NCBI GenBank assembly: GCA_965215005.1
Contig: CBDCCZ010000014.1
Coordinates: forward strand, 160,001 to 224,000
Length of the DNA stretch: 64,000 nt
Origin: Kofleriaceae bacterium
GTDB lineage: Bacteria > Myxococcota_A > Polyangia > Haliangiales > Haliangiaceae
Reading direction: 5' to 3'
The notes beneath the pieces were generated by a model that saw only the letters and a list, made by a program, of their open reading frames with translations, was not told the DNA's origin and searched no databases. The position numbers and the translations under genes were made by a program. This document shows positions 28,202-40,469 of this stretch, one piece after another. Every line of letters starts with the position of its first letter. The stretch's first letter is position 1.

Positions 28202-28870
28202 ATGTCGATGCTCCGCCTGCAGCGAATCAACAAGTACTATCACGTCGGCCATCAGCCGCTGCACGTCCTACGCGACGTCGATCTTGCCGTTGAAGAAGGC
28301 GAGATGGTCTCGATCATGGGCTCCTCCGGCTCGGGCAAGTCGACGTTGCTCAACATCTTGGGAATCCTCGACGGCTACGACTCCGGTCGCTATTACCTCG
28401 GAGATACGCTCATCGACGGGCTCAGCGAAGCCAAGGCCGCGCAATATCGCAATCGCTTCCTCGGCTTCGTCTTTCAGTCGTTCAACTTGCTGGCTTTCAA
28501 GAACGCCATGGAGAACGTCGCCCTGCCGCTGTATTACCAGGGCGTCCCGCGGCGCAAGCGCAACGACTTGGCCCTCGAGTACCTCGAGCGCGTCGGCCTG
28601 GCGAGTTGGGCAGAACACTTGCCTTCAGAGTTGTCCGGCGGGCAAAAGCAGCGCGTGGCAATCGCTCGCGCGCTCATCGGTCAGCCGCGACTGATCCTCG
28701 CCGATGAGCCAACTGGCGCTCTCGACAGCGAGACCAGCTATCAAATCATGGAGCTGCTCGAAGGCATTCACCGGGACGGCATCACCATCGTGGTCGTGAC
28801 GCACGAAGCGGATATCGCCGAGCGCACCCAGCGCATCATCCGGCTCCATGACGGCAAGGTAGCCGCGTAG
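28202..28870 (+). CDS. ABC transporter ATP-binding protein (MacB/LolD type)
   Basis: GSSGSGKS, LSGGQKQRVAIAR, LADEPTGALD and VVVTHE motifs. Confidence 0.95.
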   Translation: MSMLRLQRINKYYHVGHQPLHVLRDVDLAVEEGEMVSIMGSSGSGKSTLLNILGILDGYDSGRYYLGDTLIDGLSEAKAAQYRNRFLGFVFQSFNLLAFKNAMENVALPLYYQGVPRRKRNDLALEYLERVGLASWAEHLPSELSGGQKQRVAIARALIGQPRLILADEPTGALDSETSYQIMELLEGIHRDGITIVVVTHEADIAERTQRIIRLHDGKVAA

Positions 28871-28872
28871 CC

Positions 28873-30102
28873 ATGTTCAGCCTCGATGTATGGCAGGAGA
28901 TTCTCGACACGATTCGCCGCAACAAGCTCCGCACCGCGCTCACCGCGCTGTCGGTGGCGTGGGGCATCTTCATGCTCGTGCTGCTGTTAGGCGCCGGGCG
29001 GGGACTGCAGAACAACATCGAGCACGAGTTTGCCGACGACGCCGTCAACAGTATTTGGTTCTTTGGTGGCGTCACCTCGATGCCACACCAAGGGCTGCCA
29101 ATCGGTCGCGAGATCACCTTCGACAACGATGACTACGACGCCATTCGCCGGCTTCCCGGTATCGAGCACCTCACCGGTCGCAACGAGCTGTGGGGCGAAG
29201 GCATCGTTCGCTATGGCGATAAGGCCTCGCCCTTCGACGTTCGCGCCAGCCATCCTGCGCATCAGTATATCGAGAACACCATCATCACCAGCGGGCGGTT
29301 CCTAAACCAGCTGGACCTCGACCAGCGCCGCAAGGTCGCGGTCATCGGCCAAGCAGTTGCCGAGTTTCTGTTCGCTGACGTCGATCCCCTCGGCGAGTGG
29401 ATCGACGTCAACGGCGTCAACTATCGCGTCGTGGGCGTGTTCAAAGACGAGGGTGGTGAGGGCGAGCTGCGCAAGGTCTACCTGCCGCTGAGCACGGCGC
29501 AACGCGCGCACGGCTTTGGCGACACCATCCATATGCTCATGCTCACCGTCGGCGATGCCTCGATGGAGGAAAGCCGCGAGCTGGAGAAGCGCGTGCGCCA
29601 ACTTCTCGCCAAGCGCCATGACTTCAATCCCGAGGATAGCCGCGCGCTTCGCTCACGTAACAACTTAGAAGGCTTTGCCGAAGTAAGCGAAGTGTTCCTG
29701 TTGATACGCCTGTTCGTATGGATCGTCGGCATCGGCACCATCATTGCGGGCGTGGTGGGTGTGTCGAACATCATGCTGATCGCGGTCAAGGAGCGCACGA
29801 AGGAGATCGGCGTGCGCAAGGCCATCGGCGCCACGCCTCGATCCATCGTCGCGATGATCGTTGCCGAATCGGTGTTCTTGACCGCGGCGAGTGGGTACCT
29901 CGGCTTGGTTGCGGGCGTGGGCGCGCTCGAGCTGGTGCGAGTCCTGGTCCCTGAGAACGACTACATTCGCGATCCGCAGGTGGACCTGGGGGTCGCGGTG
30001 AGCGCCACAGTATTGCTCATCGTCTGCGGCGCCCTCGCCGGCTACTTCCCCGCCCGCCGCGCTGCGCGGGTCAATCCGGTGATCGCGCTCAAGGACGAAT
30101 AG
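28873..30102 (+). CDS. MacB/FtsX-type ABC permease
   Basis: NKLRT.LT.L and GV.NIML..V.ERTKEIG.RKA.GA motifs. Confidence 0.93.
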   Translation: MFSLDVWQEILDTIRRNKLRTALTALSVAWGIFMLVLLLGAGRGLQNNIEHEFADDAVNSIWFFGGVTSMPHQGLPIGREITFDNDDYDAIRRLPGIEHLTGRNELWGEGIVRYGDKASPFDVRASHPAHQYIENTIITSGRFLNQLDLDQRRKVAVIGQAVAEFLFADVDPLGEWIDVNGVNYRVVGVFKDEGGEGELRKVYLPLSTAQRAHGFGDTIHMLMLTVGDASMEESRELEKRVRQLLAKRHDFNPEDSRALRSRNNLEGFAEVSEVFLLIRLFVWIVGIGTIIAGVVGVSNIMLIAVKERTKEIGVRKAIGATPRSIVAMIVAESVFLTAASGYLGLVAGVGALELVRVLVPENDYIRDPQVDLGVAVSATVLLIVCGALAGYFPARRAARVNPVIALKDE

Positions 30103-31353
30103 ATGCTCGACGCGGACAAGTGGCAGGAGATTCTCGCGACCCTGCGCAAGAACAAGCTGCGCACGGCGCTCACCGCGCTCGGCGTGTTTTGGGGCGTCTT
30201 CATGTTGCTGGTCATGCTCGGCTTTGGCAATGGCTTGCAGCGCGGCGTCGCACGCAACATGCGCGGGTTTGCAACCAACAGCCTCTATGTTTGGGGCCAA
30301 CGCACCTCGATGCCGTTTCAGGGCCTGCAACCCAATCGCAGCGTCGACTTCGACAACAGCGACGTGGCGGCAATCCAGCTCGAGATTGCGGGCATCCGCT
30401 ATTTGGCGCCGCGCAATCGCCTCGGCGGCCATCGCGGCGGCGCTCAAGTTAGTCGCGACGGCAACGTGGGAACTTTCAACGTCACCGGCGATTTCCCCGA
30501 GATTGTCGAAATTACGCCGGTGCGGTTCGTGAGCGGTCGGTTCCTCAATCCGCTGGATCTGGCTCAGCGCCGCAAGGTGGCGGTAATCGGCCGCGCAGTC
30601 TACGATCAGATGTTTCGGGCCGGTGAGGATCCGATCGGTCAACACCTCAAGATCAACGGCGTGTACTTTCAGGTCGTTGGGCTGTTTGAGCCGCGGCAGA
30701 CGGGCGAGCAAGGGGATCGGCAGGCGCAAAACATCCACGTGCCGTTCACCACCTACCAGCAAGCCTTCAACATCGGCGACGAGGTCGGCTGGTTCGCGAT
30801 CATGGCGGAGCCAACCATTGGTGCCAGTGAGGTCGAGCAGCGCGTGCGACGGCTCCTGGCCGAGCGCCACAAGATTCATCCTGAAGATGAAATGGCGATA
30901 GGGTCGTTCAACGCCGAGGAGGCGTTTGGCAAAGTCCAGTCGCTGTTCATCGGCATTCAGGCGTTCATCTGGTTTGTGGGCGTCGTGACCCTCTTGGCCG
31001 GAGTCATCGGCGTTTCCAACATCATGTTGATCGTCGTGAAGGAGCGCACCAAGGAGATCGGCATCCGCAAGGCGCTCGGCGCCAGGCCGCTGTCGATCGT
31101 CTCGCTGGTGATTCAAGAGTCGGTGGTGCTCACTACCATCGCCGGTTACTGCGGGCTAGTCGCTGGAGTCGGGCTGCTAGAGCTGGTCGGGCGCCTGTTG
31201 CCCGCGGATGCGCCGCTCGCAGATCCCACCGTCGATCTGCAGATCGCCCTCATTGCCACCGCAATCCTGATCGTCGCCGGCGCGTTTGCCGGCGTCATTC
31301 CCGCAACCCACGCTGCCCGCATCAGTCCTATCGAAGCGCTGCGCGCAGAATGA
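30103..31353 (+). CDS. MacB/FtsX-type ABC permease (paralogue)
   Basis: Same motifs as the preceding gene. Confidence 0.93.
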   Translation: MLDADKWQEILATLRKNKLRTALTALGVFWGVFMLLVMLGFGNGLQRGVARNMRGFATNSLYVWGQRTSMPFQGLQPNRSVDFDNSDVAAIQLEIAGIRYLAPRNRLGGHRGGAQVSRDGNVGTFNVTGDFPEIVEITPVRFVSGRFLNPLDLAQRRKVAVIGRAVYDQMFRAGEDPIGQHLKINGVYFQVVGLFEPRQTGEQGDRQAQNIHVPFTTYQQAFNIGDEVGWFAIMAEPTIGASEVEQRVRRLLAERHKIHPEDEMAIGSFNAEEAFGKVQSLFIGIQAFIWFVGVVTLLAGVIGVSNIMLIVVKERTKEIGIRKALGARPLSIVSLVIQESVVLTTIAGYCGLVAGVGLLELVGRLLPADAPLADPTVDLQIALIATAILIVAGAFAGVIPATHAARISPIEALRAE

Positions 31354-32483
31354 CCGCCGAGAGCATGTCTATGAAGAGAGTTGCTTGGATCATCGTAGCC
31401 CTCACTCTGCTCGGTGTGTTTGGCTACACGCTGGTGTTTCTGTGGAGCAAGTCGCAGACGCCGCCGACCGTGTACGAGACGGAAGAGCCCGTTCACACCG
31501 ACATCGTCAAGAAGACCGTCGCCACCGGAGCCATCATTCCGCGGCAAGAGGTGGAGATCAAACCGCGGGTTTCGGGCGTCATCGAGGAGCTAGCGGTCGA
31601 GCCGGGTGCCGCGATCAAGCGCGGTGATCTCATTGCACGGATCGAGATCGTCCCCGACGTCGTCACGGTCAACCGTGCGGAGTCCGAGCTCGCAGCCGCC
31701 AAGATAAGTTTTGGCAACGCGCAGCGCGAGCTCGAGCGCCACCAGCGGCTGTTCGAGAAGAAGGTCCTATCAGAGACCGAGCTGGCGCAGCGACGGCTTG
31801 AATTCGAGCTGCGCCAGCAGGAGCTCGCCGCGGCAGCGTCTAACCTGCAACTGATTAAAGAAGGCGCTTCGCGCAACTCGGGCAAAGTCTCGAATGAAGT
31901 GCGCTCAACCGTCGACGGAATGGTGCTCGAAGTCCCGGTGCGGGTTGGGGAGTCGGTGATCGAGAGCAACACGTTCAACGCCGGCACCACCATCGCGTTC
32001 GTCGCCAACATGGGCGACATGATTTTCGAGGGCAACGTTGATGAGTCCGAGGTCGGCAAGATCAAGGAGGGAATGGCGCTCGATATCCAAATCGGCGCGA
32101 TCGAGGGGCAAACGTTTGCCGGCACGCTCGAGTACATCTCGCCCAAGGGGGTGGAAGAAGAAGGTGCCATTCAGTTCGAGATTCGCGCCGCCATCGCACC
32201 CCACGAGGGCACGTTCATTCGCGCCGGCTACAGCGCGAATGCCGACATCGTTCTCGACCGCCGCGAAGGTGTGCTCGCGGTGCGCGAGAGTCTCCTGCAG
32301 TTCGAAGACGGCAAGCCATATGTCGAAGTGCAGACGAGTAATCAACGGTTCGAGAAGCGGTTTCTCGACGTCGGGCTGTCCGACGGGATCCACATCGAGG
32401 TCAAAAACGGGATCGAGACGGACGCAAGGCTCAAGCAGATCACCGGCGCCCCAGGCAGCGGCCCACCCCACCAGCGCGGCTAA
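31350..32483 (+). CDS. Periplasmic adaptor subunit (MacA/HlyD-like MFP)
   Basis: N-terminal TM, lipoyl half-motifs (SG.IEEL.V..G..I..GD), coiled coil, V.ES...KI..G. Confidence 0.9.
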   Translation: MTAESMSMKRVAWIIVALTLLGVFGYTLVFLWSKSQTPPTVYETEEPVHTDIVKKTVATGAIIPRQEVEIKPRVSGVIEELAVEPGAAIKRGDLIARIEIVPDVVTVNRAESELAAAKISFGNAQRELERHQRLFEKKVLSETELAQRRLEFELRQQELAAAASNLQLIKEGASRNSGKVSNEVRSTVDGMVLEVPVRVGESVIESNTFNAGTTIAFVANMGDMIFEGNVDESEVGKIKEGMALDIQIGAIEGQTFAGTLEYISPKGVEEEGAIQFEIRAAIAPHEGTFIRAGYSANADIVLDRREGVLAVRESLLQFEDGKPYVEVQTSNQRFEKRFLDVGLSDGIHIEVKNGIETDARLKQITGAPGSGPPHQRG

Positions 32484-32797
32484 GTACGCCGCCGCGGGAT
32501 TCATGACGCTGAAATCATTGCCCGGTCGCAAGCCCGCGCCTACTCGAAGCGAGACGCAGCCGCGTAATTTTGTTCAGAGAAATTGCGCCGCATACCGCTC
32601 CAGGCGGTCGCATCGAGGCAGGGTCATCGTCGGCACCGTCAGTCACACGGCCATGGCAGAATTTGCTTTGCGAGCCGGAGCTGTTCGGCTAAATCGGTTG
32701 GAACCACGTTGTCACACTCCGGCCGCAGAATGCGCCGGTGGCATCCTGGCACTCCGCGGCTTCTGGACGCGCTTGGCTCGGGCGTAGGCACCTTCCC

Positions 32798-34366
32798 ATG
32801 GTTAGTAGTTACAAACTGGGCGCGATCGATGCCGGTTCCAACGCGCTCCGCATCGTCATCGCAGAGTCGTCGGCTCCAGGTCAGCTCGACCGCATCATGA
32901 GCGAGCGCGTGCCGGTTCGCCTCGGCCACGGCGCCTTCACCGGCGGCGAGCTCGACCAATCAACACTCGACGCGGCGGTGAGTGCCTTCGTCAGGTTCCG
33001 TGAGCTGTTCGATCGCCACGGCGTGCAGCGCTATCGAGCGGTGGCCACCAGTGCGGTTCGCAACGCTCACAACCGCGATGTCCTTCTCCACCGCCTCTAC
33101 CACGAGGCTGGGATCGAGCTCGAGGTCATCGACGGCGACGAAGAGGCGCGGCTGATCCGCAAGGCAGTCGTCGCGGCCTATCGCGATCGAGTGGTTCCGC
33201 GGGTGATCCTCGATCTCGGCGGCGGCAGCCTCGAGATCAACTATCACCAAGGCACCGCCTGGCGCGCCGCTTCGCTGCCGATCGGCACCGTGCGGCTGCT
33301 CGAGGTCTTCGGCCTCACTGGCTCGATCGGCCCTGAAGAGGCGGGCATGGTGCGCCGTTACGCGGCCACCCTGCTGCAAACTGTGCTTGCCCGCGTCGGT
33401 CCCGATCGCATGCCGGCAGCGGCGTGTGGCGGCAACGCCGAGGCGTTTGCCAAGCTGCTCGGCGGCATCGACTCAAACGGCACCGGCTTCGAGCTGAGCG
33501 CCCTCGAAGACGCGCTGCCGGCAATGCTGGCGGCCAGCGTGGAAGAGCGCATGCAACGATACAACGTCCGCCGCGACCGCGCCGAGGTCATGGGAGTCGC
33601 CGCTCTGGTGCTCGCGACCATCGCGCGCGGCTTGCAGTTGCCGCGGCTGGCGGTGCCTGGAGTCGGCGTCCGCGAGGCCCTGCTCCTCGATCTCGCGGAG
33701 TCGGTGGCGCAAGAGAAGAGCCGCGCCGACAACGCGCAGGGCAAGGCGGTGCTCACCGCCGCCAAGTCGTTCGCTCACCGCGTTGGCCACGACATCACCC
33801 ATGGCGAGCAGGTGCGCCGGCTGGCGGTGCAGCTCTTTGATCAGCTGCCCGATGTCCACGGCCTGCCGCCGGACTGCCGCACGGTCTTGCAGGTCGCCGC
33901 GCTGCTTCACGACGTGGGCGAAGTGGTGCACGCGCGCAGTCACCATAAGCACAGCGAATACATGATTCGCTGGGGGCGGATTGCCGGGCTCGAGAGCCCG
34001 CACCGCGAGATGACGGCCGCCTTGGCCCGCACCCATCGCAAGAGCCACCCGGATCCGCGCAAGCACACCAGCTACGGCGAGTTACCCAAAGACAGGCAGC
34101 GCCAGGTGCGGCGCCTGGCGGCGCTGTTGCGGCTCGCCGATGGCCTCGATTTCGAGCACAAGCAGCGAGTGGAGGCGGTGCTGGCTAGCCGCATGGGCGA
34201 CACCATTGCTCTCGATCTCCAGGTTCGCGATGGTCGCACCCAACGCGACGCCGCCATGGTTCGCAAGGCAGATCTGTTCGAAGCTGAGTTTGGCTACAAA
34301 GTTACCTGCACGGTCGGCCACGTGCTCGAAGCGCCGACCTTGCCAAGCGAGGCAACGTCGCATTGA
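32798..34366 (+). CDS. ppx: Ppx/GppA exopolyphosphatase with C-terminal HD domain
   Basis: IDAGSNA.R, ATSAVR.A.N, DLGGGSLE, GVRE and LLHDVG...HHKHS motifs. Confidence 0.9.
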   Translation: MVSSYKLGAIDAGSNALRIVIAESSAPGQLDRIMSERVPVRLGHGAFTGGELDQSTLDAAVSAFVRFRELFDRHGVQRYRAVATSAVRNAHNRDVLLHRLYHEAGIELEVIDGDEEARLIRKAVVAAYRDRVVPRVILDLGGGSLEINYHQGTAWRAASLPIGTVRLLEVFGLTGSIGPEEAGMVRRYAATLLQTVLARVGPDRMPAAACGGNAEAFAKLLGGIDSNGTGFELSALEDALPAMLAASVEERMQRYNVRRDRAEVMGVAALVLATIARGLQLPRLAVPGVGVREALLLDLAESVAQEKSRADNAQGKAVLTAAKSFAHRVGHDITHGEQVRRLAVQLFDQLPDVHGLPPDCRTVLQVAALLHDVGEVVHARSHHKHSEYMIRWGRIAGLESPHREMTAALARTHRKSHPDPRKHTSYGELPKDRQRQVRRLAALLRLADGLDFEHKQRVEAVLASRMGDTIALDLQVRDGRTQRDAAMVRKADLFEAEFGYKVTCTVGHVLEAPTLPSEATSH

Positions 34367-34401
34367 TGCAGTGATCGCCAGCAAGTCGCACGTCAAGGGC
34401 A

Positions 34402-35712
34402 TCAACGTGTCCGCTTGCGGTGACGAGCCACCGCGGTTGCCGACGGATTGACGGTGAGCGTGCCGCTGTCGCCGTCGACGATGACCAGGTCTTGGGCGCG
34501 AACCCAGGCATAGAGTCCGCTCACCTGCGCCAGCACTGGCACGCCGCCGGCCTTTGCGATGATCGCGCCCGGGGCATCGGCGGCCACGTGACCATCCACG
34601 ACGATGGCACTGGCGCGTCGCGCCACGGCAGCCAACGCCACGAAGGCGCCGAGTCGCTCGGTCGCGATCCATACTTCTCCCGTGCGCAGCCGCTGCCGAC
34701 CATGCGCGGCAGCGTGCAGGAGCACGCATAGATCCTCGATCTCGCGAGCGCGCTCCGCCAGCGACACCTCCATCAGCACCTCACGGCTAACGACGCGATA
34801 CGGAACGCGTGCGTAGTCCTTGGCCACCGCCGAGAGCCGCCGTGTCAAATCGGCGCCAAGCCCTGAAACCACCCGCTGCCGAAAGCGCTCATCCTGCAGC
34901 GCGAGCGTTAGGTTCGAAAGCGCCCTTCCGACCTCGGCAGCACCGCTGGCCTCGAGTCGCTTGCGCGCCCGCGCGAGGTCGCTCTCGAGTCCCGCCAGCG
35001 CCATGAGAATGGACGGATCGGCGCCCGTGAGCGACTCCTCGTTTGACTGCGACGCCAGTGCCTCGAGGGTGGGAATCATCGCAGCGCGACCGAGCGCGGC
35101 TCCGGGTGCGACCGTCACGCCGCGCAGTCGGGCCGCGCGCGAGGCCTCGCTTCCGGTGCCTTCGCGGGCGCGGCGATGCGCATTCTCGATGGCAAAGCCA
35201 ATCGGTGCCGCCAGGGCCGTCGCCAATGCGATCTCGGAGCCGATGAACGCAAGCGCCTGCCGGCGCTGCAACACCAGCACGCCACTTGCACGGGCGCCGT
35301 GCAAGAGCGGCACCGCCAAGAACGCCGGATATTGCTCCTCACCGAGCCCGGGAACGTGCTTGTAGTGGGCGTCGCGAGGCGCGCGGGCCACCGAGACCGG
35401 GCGCAAGCACTCGGCGGCAAACCCGCTGATTCCCTCCCCGACGCGCAGCCGTACGGAACCGATGGCCGCCGCCGGAAAGCCGACGTTGCCGCGCAAGGTG
35501 AGGAGCTCGTCGTCGGGCGCCCGCTCGCGAACGTAGACACTGGCGATATCGGCGCCAGCGATGGCGGCGATGTCGATGCACATCGCGCCGAGGAGCTCCT
35601 CCAAGGGTCGGTCGCTGGCGGCCAACTCGATGAGCCGGAGGATGCCATCGAGGCTCGAGTCACCGCGTTCGTGGACGCGAACTCGGACGTCTGAACCTGC
35701 CGTTGCCACCAT
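34402..35712 (-). CDS. PtsP (EI-Ntr)-like protein: GAF + EI N-terminal + PEP-mobile domain, lacking the PEP-binding domain
   Basis: L.LRG..G.....G.VRL.VGEG..G, Y...PG.GEE.Y..FL.VPL and AIIAKAGGVP...VIVDG..G...VNP motifs; ends at 436 aa. Confidence 0.75.
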   Translation of the reverse strand: MVATAGSDVRVRVHERGDSSLDGILRLIELAASDRPLEELLGAMCIDIAAIAGADIASVYVRERAPDDELLTLRGNVGFPAAAIGSVRLRVGEGISGFAAECLRPVSVARAPRDAHYKHVPGLGEEQYPAFLAVPLLHGARASGVLVLQRRQALAFIGSEIALATALAAPIGFAIENAHRRAREGTGSEASRAARLRGVTVAPGAALGRAAMIPTLEALASQSNEESLTGADPSILMALAGLESDLARARKRLEASGAAEVGRALSNLTLALQDERFRQRVVSGLGADLTRRLSAVAKDYARVPYRVVSREVLMEVSLAERAREIEDLCVLLHAAAHGRQRLRTGEVWIATERLGAFVALAAVARRASAIVVDGHVAADAPGAIIAKAGGVPVLAQVSGLYAWVRAQDLVIVDGDSGTLTVNPSATAVARHRKRTR

Positions 35713-35816
35713 GACGCTCGAGTGTGTCCGACGCAGATTTCGCGGCGGTTTCCACCGCGCTAAAGCTGCGTGTCCTGGGCAACACAGCTACGAGGCGCAG
35801 CTGTTCCTGCTTGCGC

Positions 35817-37604
35817 TCAGAAAACCTGCGCCGCGCCGGCAGTGAACCGCCCCGGCAAGCCGTGACCAGGGCCGTCGAATGGCACCGCCCAGTCGATGCG
35901 ATACACCAGCGTCGATAACTGCGGAATCAACATCCGCAAACCGAGGCCGACGTCGTGGTGCAGGCCTACGGCTGACCAACGCTCGTCCGCATCGCCGGCG
36001 TCCCAAAACGCGACGCCGCCGACGCGAAGGAATGCCAGCGCCAGCGGCACGCTGCGAGCCTCGACGTTGAACCGAAGCAGCCGCTCGCCGATAAAGGCGC
36101 CGATGGGATACCCGCGTAGCCCCGTCTGGCCGCCGATGGAAAAGAAGGTATTGCTGGCGTTGTCGACTAGCGCGGCGACCTGTGCCGCCGCCACCAGCCG
36201 GCCAAAGTCATACACCGTAGGCGTGACCACCCGCAGCGACGCCGTTAGCTGCTTGTCGATGAGTTTGTCGTCTTGCCAGCGTCCGCTCACGCCGCTACTG
36301 GCGCTCGCGTAGCCATCGAGCCATCCCAGGGTCCAGTTGCCACCCAGCGCCAGGCGCAAGAAATCGTCCTCGGAGCCGATCACCTGCAGGGCGGTGGCGA
36401 CGTTGAGCTCGAGCGCGGGGCCGGTGCGCACCGTTTCCGTCAGATCGAACGTGTCGATATTGTGCAGGTTGCGATAGTTGGGTGTGAAGACCTCGTAGCC
36501 GTAGGTGATTGCCGAGACTCGCTCCGATCGCGGCAACACGTCGCGCTCGAAGGCGCGCCGTACCGCGTCGTCGAGCTCTTCATCGAGGACCTGCGGCCGC
36601 TGCCACGACAGCTCGTGCCCCAGCGAAACGCGATGCAGAATCGAGTCGCCAAAACCGCGGGTCACGCCGGTAGCGAGCGCAAACCGGCGCTGTCGATACT
36701 GCCAAGGCACCGTCTCGACCGCGGTACTGTCGGGGTTGTCGTAGGTGCGCAGCGCGGTGCCTTGAAAGACTCGCTCGACGGTGTAGCGATGAGAGAGCTC
36801 GAGCCCCGCAGCCCAGGTGTCCCGCAGCGACCACAGCGGGCGCGCGAGCTGCGTCGCACTCTCGGAGCCTTCGGCGTCGCCGGTTTCACGGCTGAAAATC
36901 AAGCCCGAGCGATGGCTGAGCTGCACCCGCTTGCCGAGCACGTTCTTGTCGATGTAGAGCGGACCAAACGAATAGCTGCCCTGCTGGAGCTCGAATACCA
37001 GCGACAGCAATTTGCGCCAGCCAAGAAAGTTGTTCTCCGCGAGCGAAACAGTGAGGTAGGTGAGCTCGGACTCCTGCAACTCAAAGCTCGAATTGAGCCG
37101 CAAGCTCCACACATCGCGCGTTACCACCAACAGATCGACGAAACCATCGGCGTTGGCCTGCACGGGCACCGCCAGCGCCAGCGTGGTCGAGATCGGGTCG
37201 CGAAGCTTGCGCTCCGTCTCCTCGACAGTCTCCTTGTTCCACAGCTGCCCGGGACGCAGCAGCACCTCGCGGGCGATGATCTTCTCACGCGTGGTGCGAT
37301 GAAAGGCGTTGAGCCAGTGCAGTGCCGCCCAGTCGTCTTCGACGAAGACGTCGAGGTTGACGACGATGATGCGCCCCAGCCGTTTGCCCTCCGGCGCCTC
37401 ATCGATGACCAAGCCGCGGCGCTCGAGGGCGCCGGCGAGCGCGCGTTGCTCATAGTCGCCGAGCTCTGCGGCGACCGCCTCGTCGACCTCGGCTTCCTCG
37501 GCGGCGGCCCCTGACACAAACGCCAGCGCCACGATCGCGATGACAGCTGCGACGCAGATCGGGCGCCGCAGCGAGGCGGGCTCGTGGAGACTTCTCGAGC
37601 CCAT
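35817..37604 (-). CDS. Omp85 (BamA/TamA)-like outer-membrane beta-barrel protein
   Basis: Signal peptide, POTRA-like TR..II.RE.L...G segment, GLRGY, DVG.GLR...RIDWA.P, C-terminal Phe. Confidence 0.8.
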   Translation of the reverse strand: MGSRSLHEPASLRRPICVAAVIAIVALAFVSGAAAEEAEVDEAVAAELGDYEQRALAGALERRGLVIDEAPEGKRLGRIIVVNLDVFVEDDWAALHWLNAFHRTTREKIIAREVLLRPGQLWNKETVEETERKLRDPISTTLALAVPVQANADGFVDLLVVTRDVWSLRLNSSFELQESELTYLTVSLAENNFLGWRKLLSLVFELQQGSYSFGPLYIDKNVLGKRVQLSHRSGLIFSRETGDAEGSESATQLARPLWSLRDTWAAGLELSHRYTVERVFQGTALRTYDNPDSTAVETVPWQYRQRRFALATGVTRGFGDSILHRVSLGHELSWQRPQVLDEELDDAVRRAFERDVLPRSERVSAITYGYEVFTPNYRNLHNIDTFDLTETVRTGPALELNVATALQVIGSEDDFLRLALGGNWTLGWLDGYASASSGVSGRWQDDKLIDKQLTASLRVVTPTVYDFGRLVAAAQVAALVDNASNTFFSIGGQTGLRGYPIGAFIGERLLRFNVEARSVPLALAFLRVGGVAFWDAGDADERWSAVGLHHDVGLGLRMLIPQLSTLVYRIDWAVPFDGPGHGLPGRFTAGAAQVF

Positions 37605-37874
37605 GGGGCAGCAACTACTGTACGTCGATGGCAGCCGCTGTGCCGCTGCCAGGGCGCGGAATCTTCATGCGCAGGGGCGGCTCGTGACGGCTGCCGAAAC
37701 CGCCATGATCGACGCAGTGGCGTTCATGGGGGCCAGGACAAGGAATTGTCTAGCGGGATGCGACGCTCGAGCTCTGCGCCCACCTCTGCCCACGTCCTAT
37801 CGCGGGGTGCGGCGACTATCAGACGGCTTGGAAGGCCTCGCGGCGCGAATCGCTGCGCGCTACCGGCGACGAGC

Positions 37875-38696
37875 TCAGAGCTCAACGCTCATCCCCTCGC
37901 GGGCGACGAGCGATCCTTCCCACTGCTCCGACGCTTCGCGCTCGATACGCGCCATGACGTCATCGGTGTGGTCGGGATCATGATGGAAGATGGCCAGCCG
38001 GCGAGCGCCCGCGGCGCGACATAGCCGCACCCCTTCCTGCCACGTCGAGTGCCCCCAGCCGAGCTTGGCGGGAAACGTTTGATCGGTGTACGTCGAGTCG
38101 TAAATGACTAGGTCGGCGCCGGCGATCAGCGCCAGGACCCGCTCATCGGGCGCGCCGAGAACGTGCTCCGTATCGGTGACGTAACACAGCGACGCGCCGC
38201 CATATTCGATGCGATACGCGGTGGCGCCGTTGGGATGATTGAGCGGCGTCGTCTTGATCTGCACGCCGCCAGCGAGTGCGAACGCATCGCCGGCGTCGAA
38301 ATCTTCGAATGAGAAATCGGCGCGCATCGCATCCAGCGGCACGGGAAACATCGGCTGCGCCATTTGGCCTTCCAGCGCTGCGCGAACGCCGCCGTGGGCG
38401 CGCAAGTGTCCGGCCATGACGGTGAACTGACGCTGCGACTGAAACGCCGGCGCAAAGAATGGAAAGCCGTTGATGTGGTCCCAGTGGGTGTGCGTGAGCA
38501 GAAGCACGCCGCGGCTCACCCCCGCGTCCATGTACCAGGCGCCGAGCTCACGGATGCCAGTGCCCGCATCGAGGATGATGTGCTGGTCACCGGCCGTGAC
38601 CTGCACGCAGCTCGTGTTGCCACCGAACTGAATGTGCCGCGGCGTGGGACACGCAATGCTGCCGCGAACCCCCCAGAATTTGAGCGTGAGCGCCAT
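37875..38696 (-). CDS. MBL-fold metallo-hydrolase (phosphodiesterase-like)
   Basis: FWGVRGS..P, GGNTSC, DAGTG, THTHWDH, TDTEH, WGHS and HHDP motifs. Confidence 0.92.
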   Translation of the reverse strand: MALTLKFWGVRGSIACPTPRHIQFGGNTSCVQVTAGDQHIILDAGTGIRELGAWYMDAGVSRGVLLLTHTHWDHINGFPFFAPAFQSQRQFTVMAGHLRAHGGVRAALEGQMAQPMFPVPLDAMRADFSFEDFDAGDAFALAGGVQIKTTPLNHPNGATAYRIEYGGASLCYVTDTEHVLGAPDERVLALIAGADLVIYDSTYTDQTFPAKLGWGHSTWQEGVRLCRAAGARRLAIFHHDPDHTDDVMARIEREASEQWEGSLVAREGMSVEL

Positions 38697-38732
38697 CTGC
38701 TCTGCGGATCCACCGTAGCAGAGCCGCTCTAG

Positions 38733-40414
<1,682 letters not shown>

Positions 40415-40469
40415 CCGCTGCGAGCAATCGCTTGCAAACTGCAAAGTGATGCACTAGTTTCCCCCGGCT

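Noticed and set aside
32620..32730. GTCACA motifs upstream of ppx as possible Pho boxes
   Set aside because: The 11-bp direct-repeat spacing is poorly met, so this is too weak to call.
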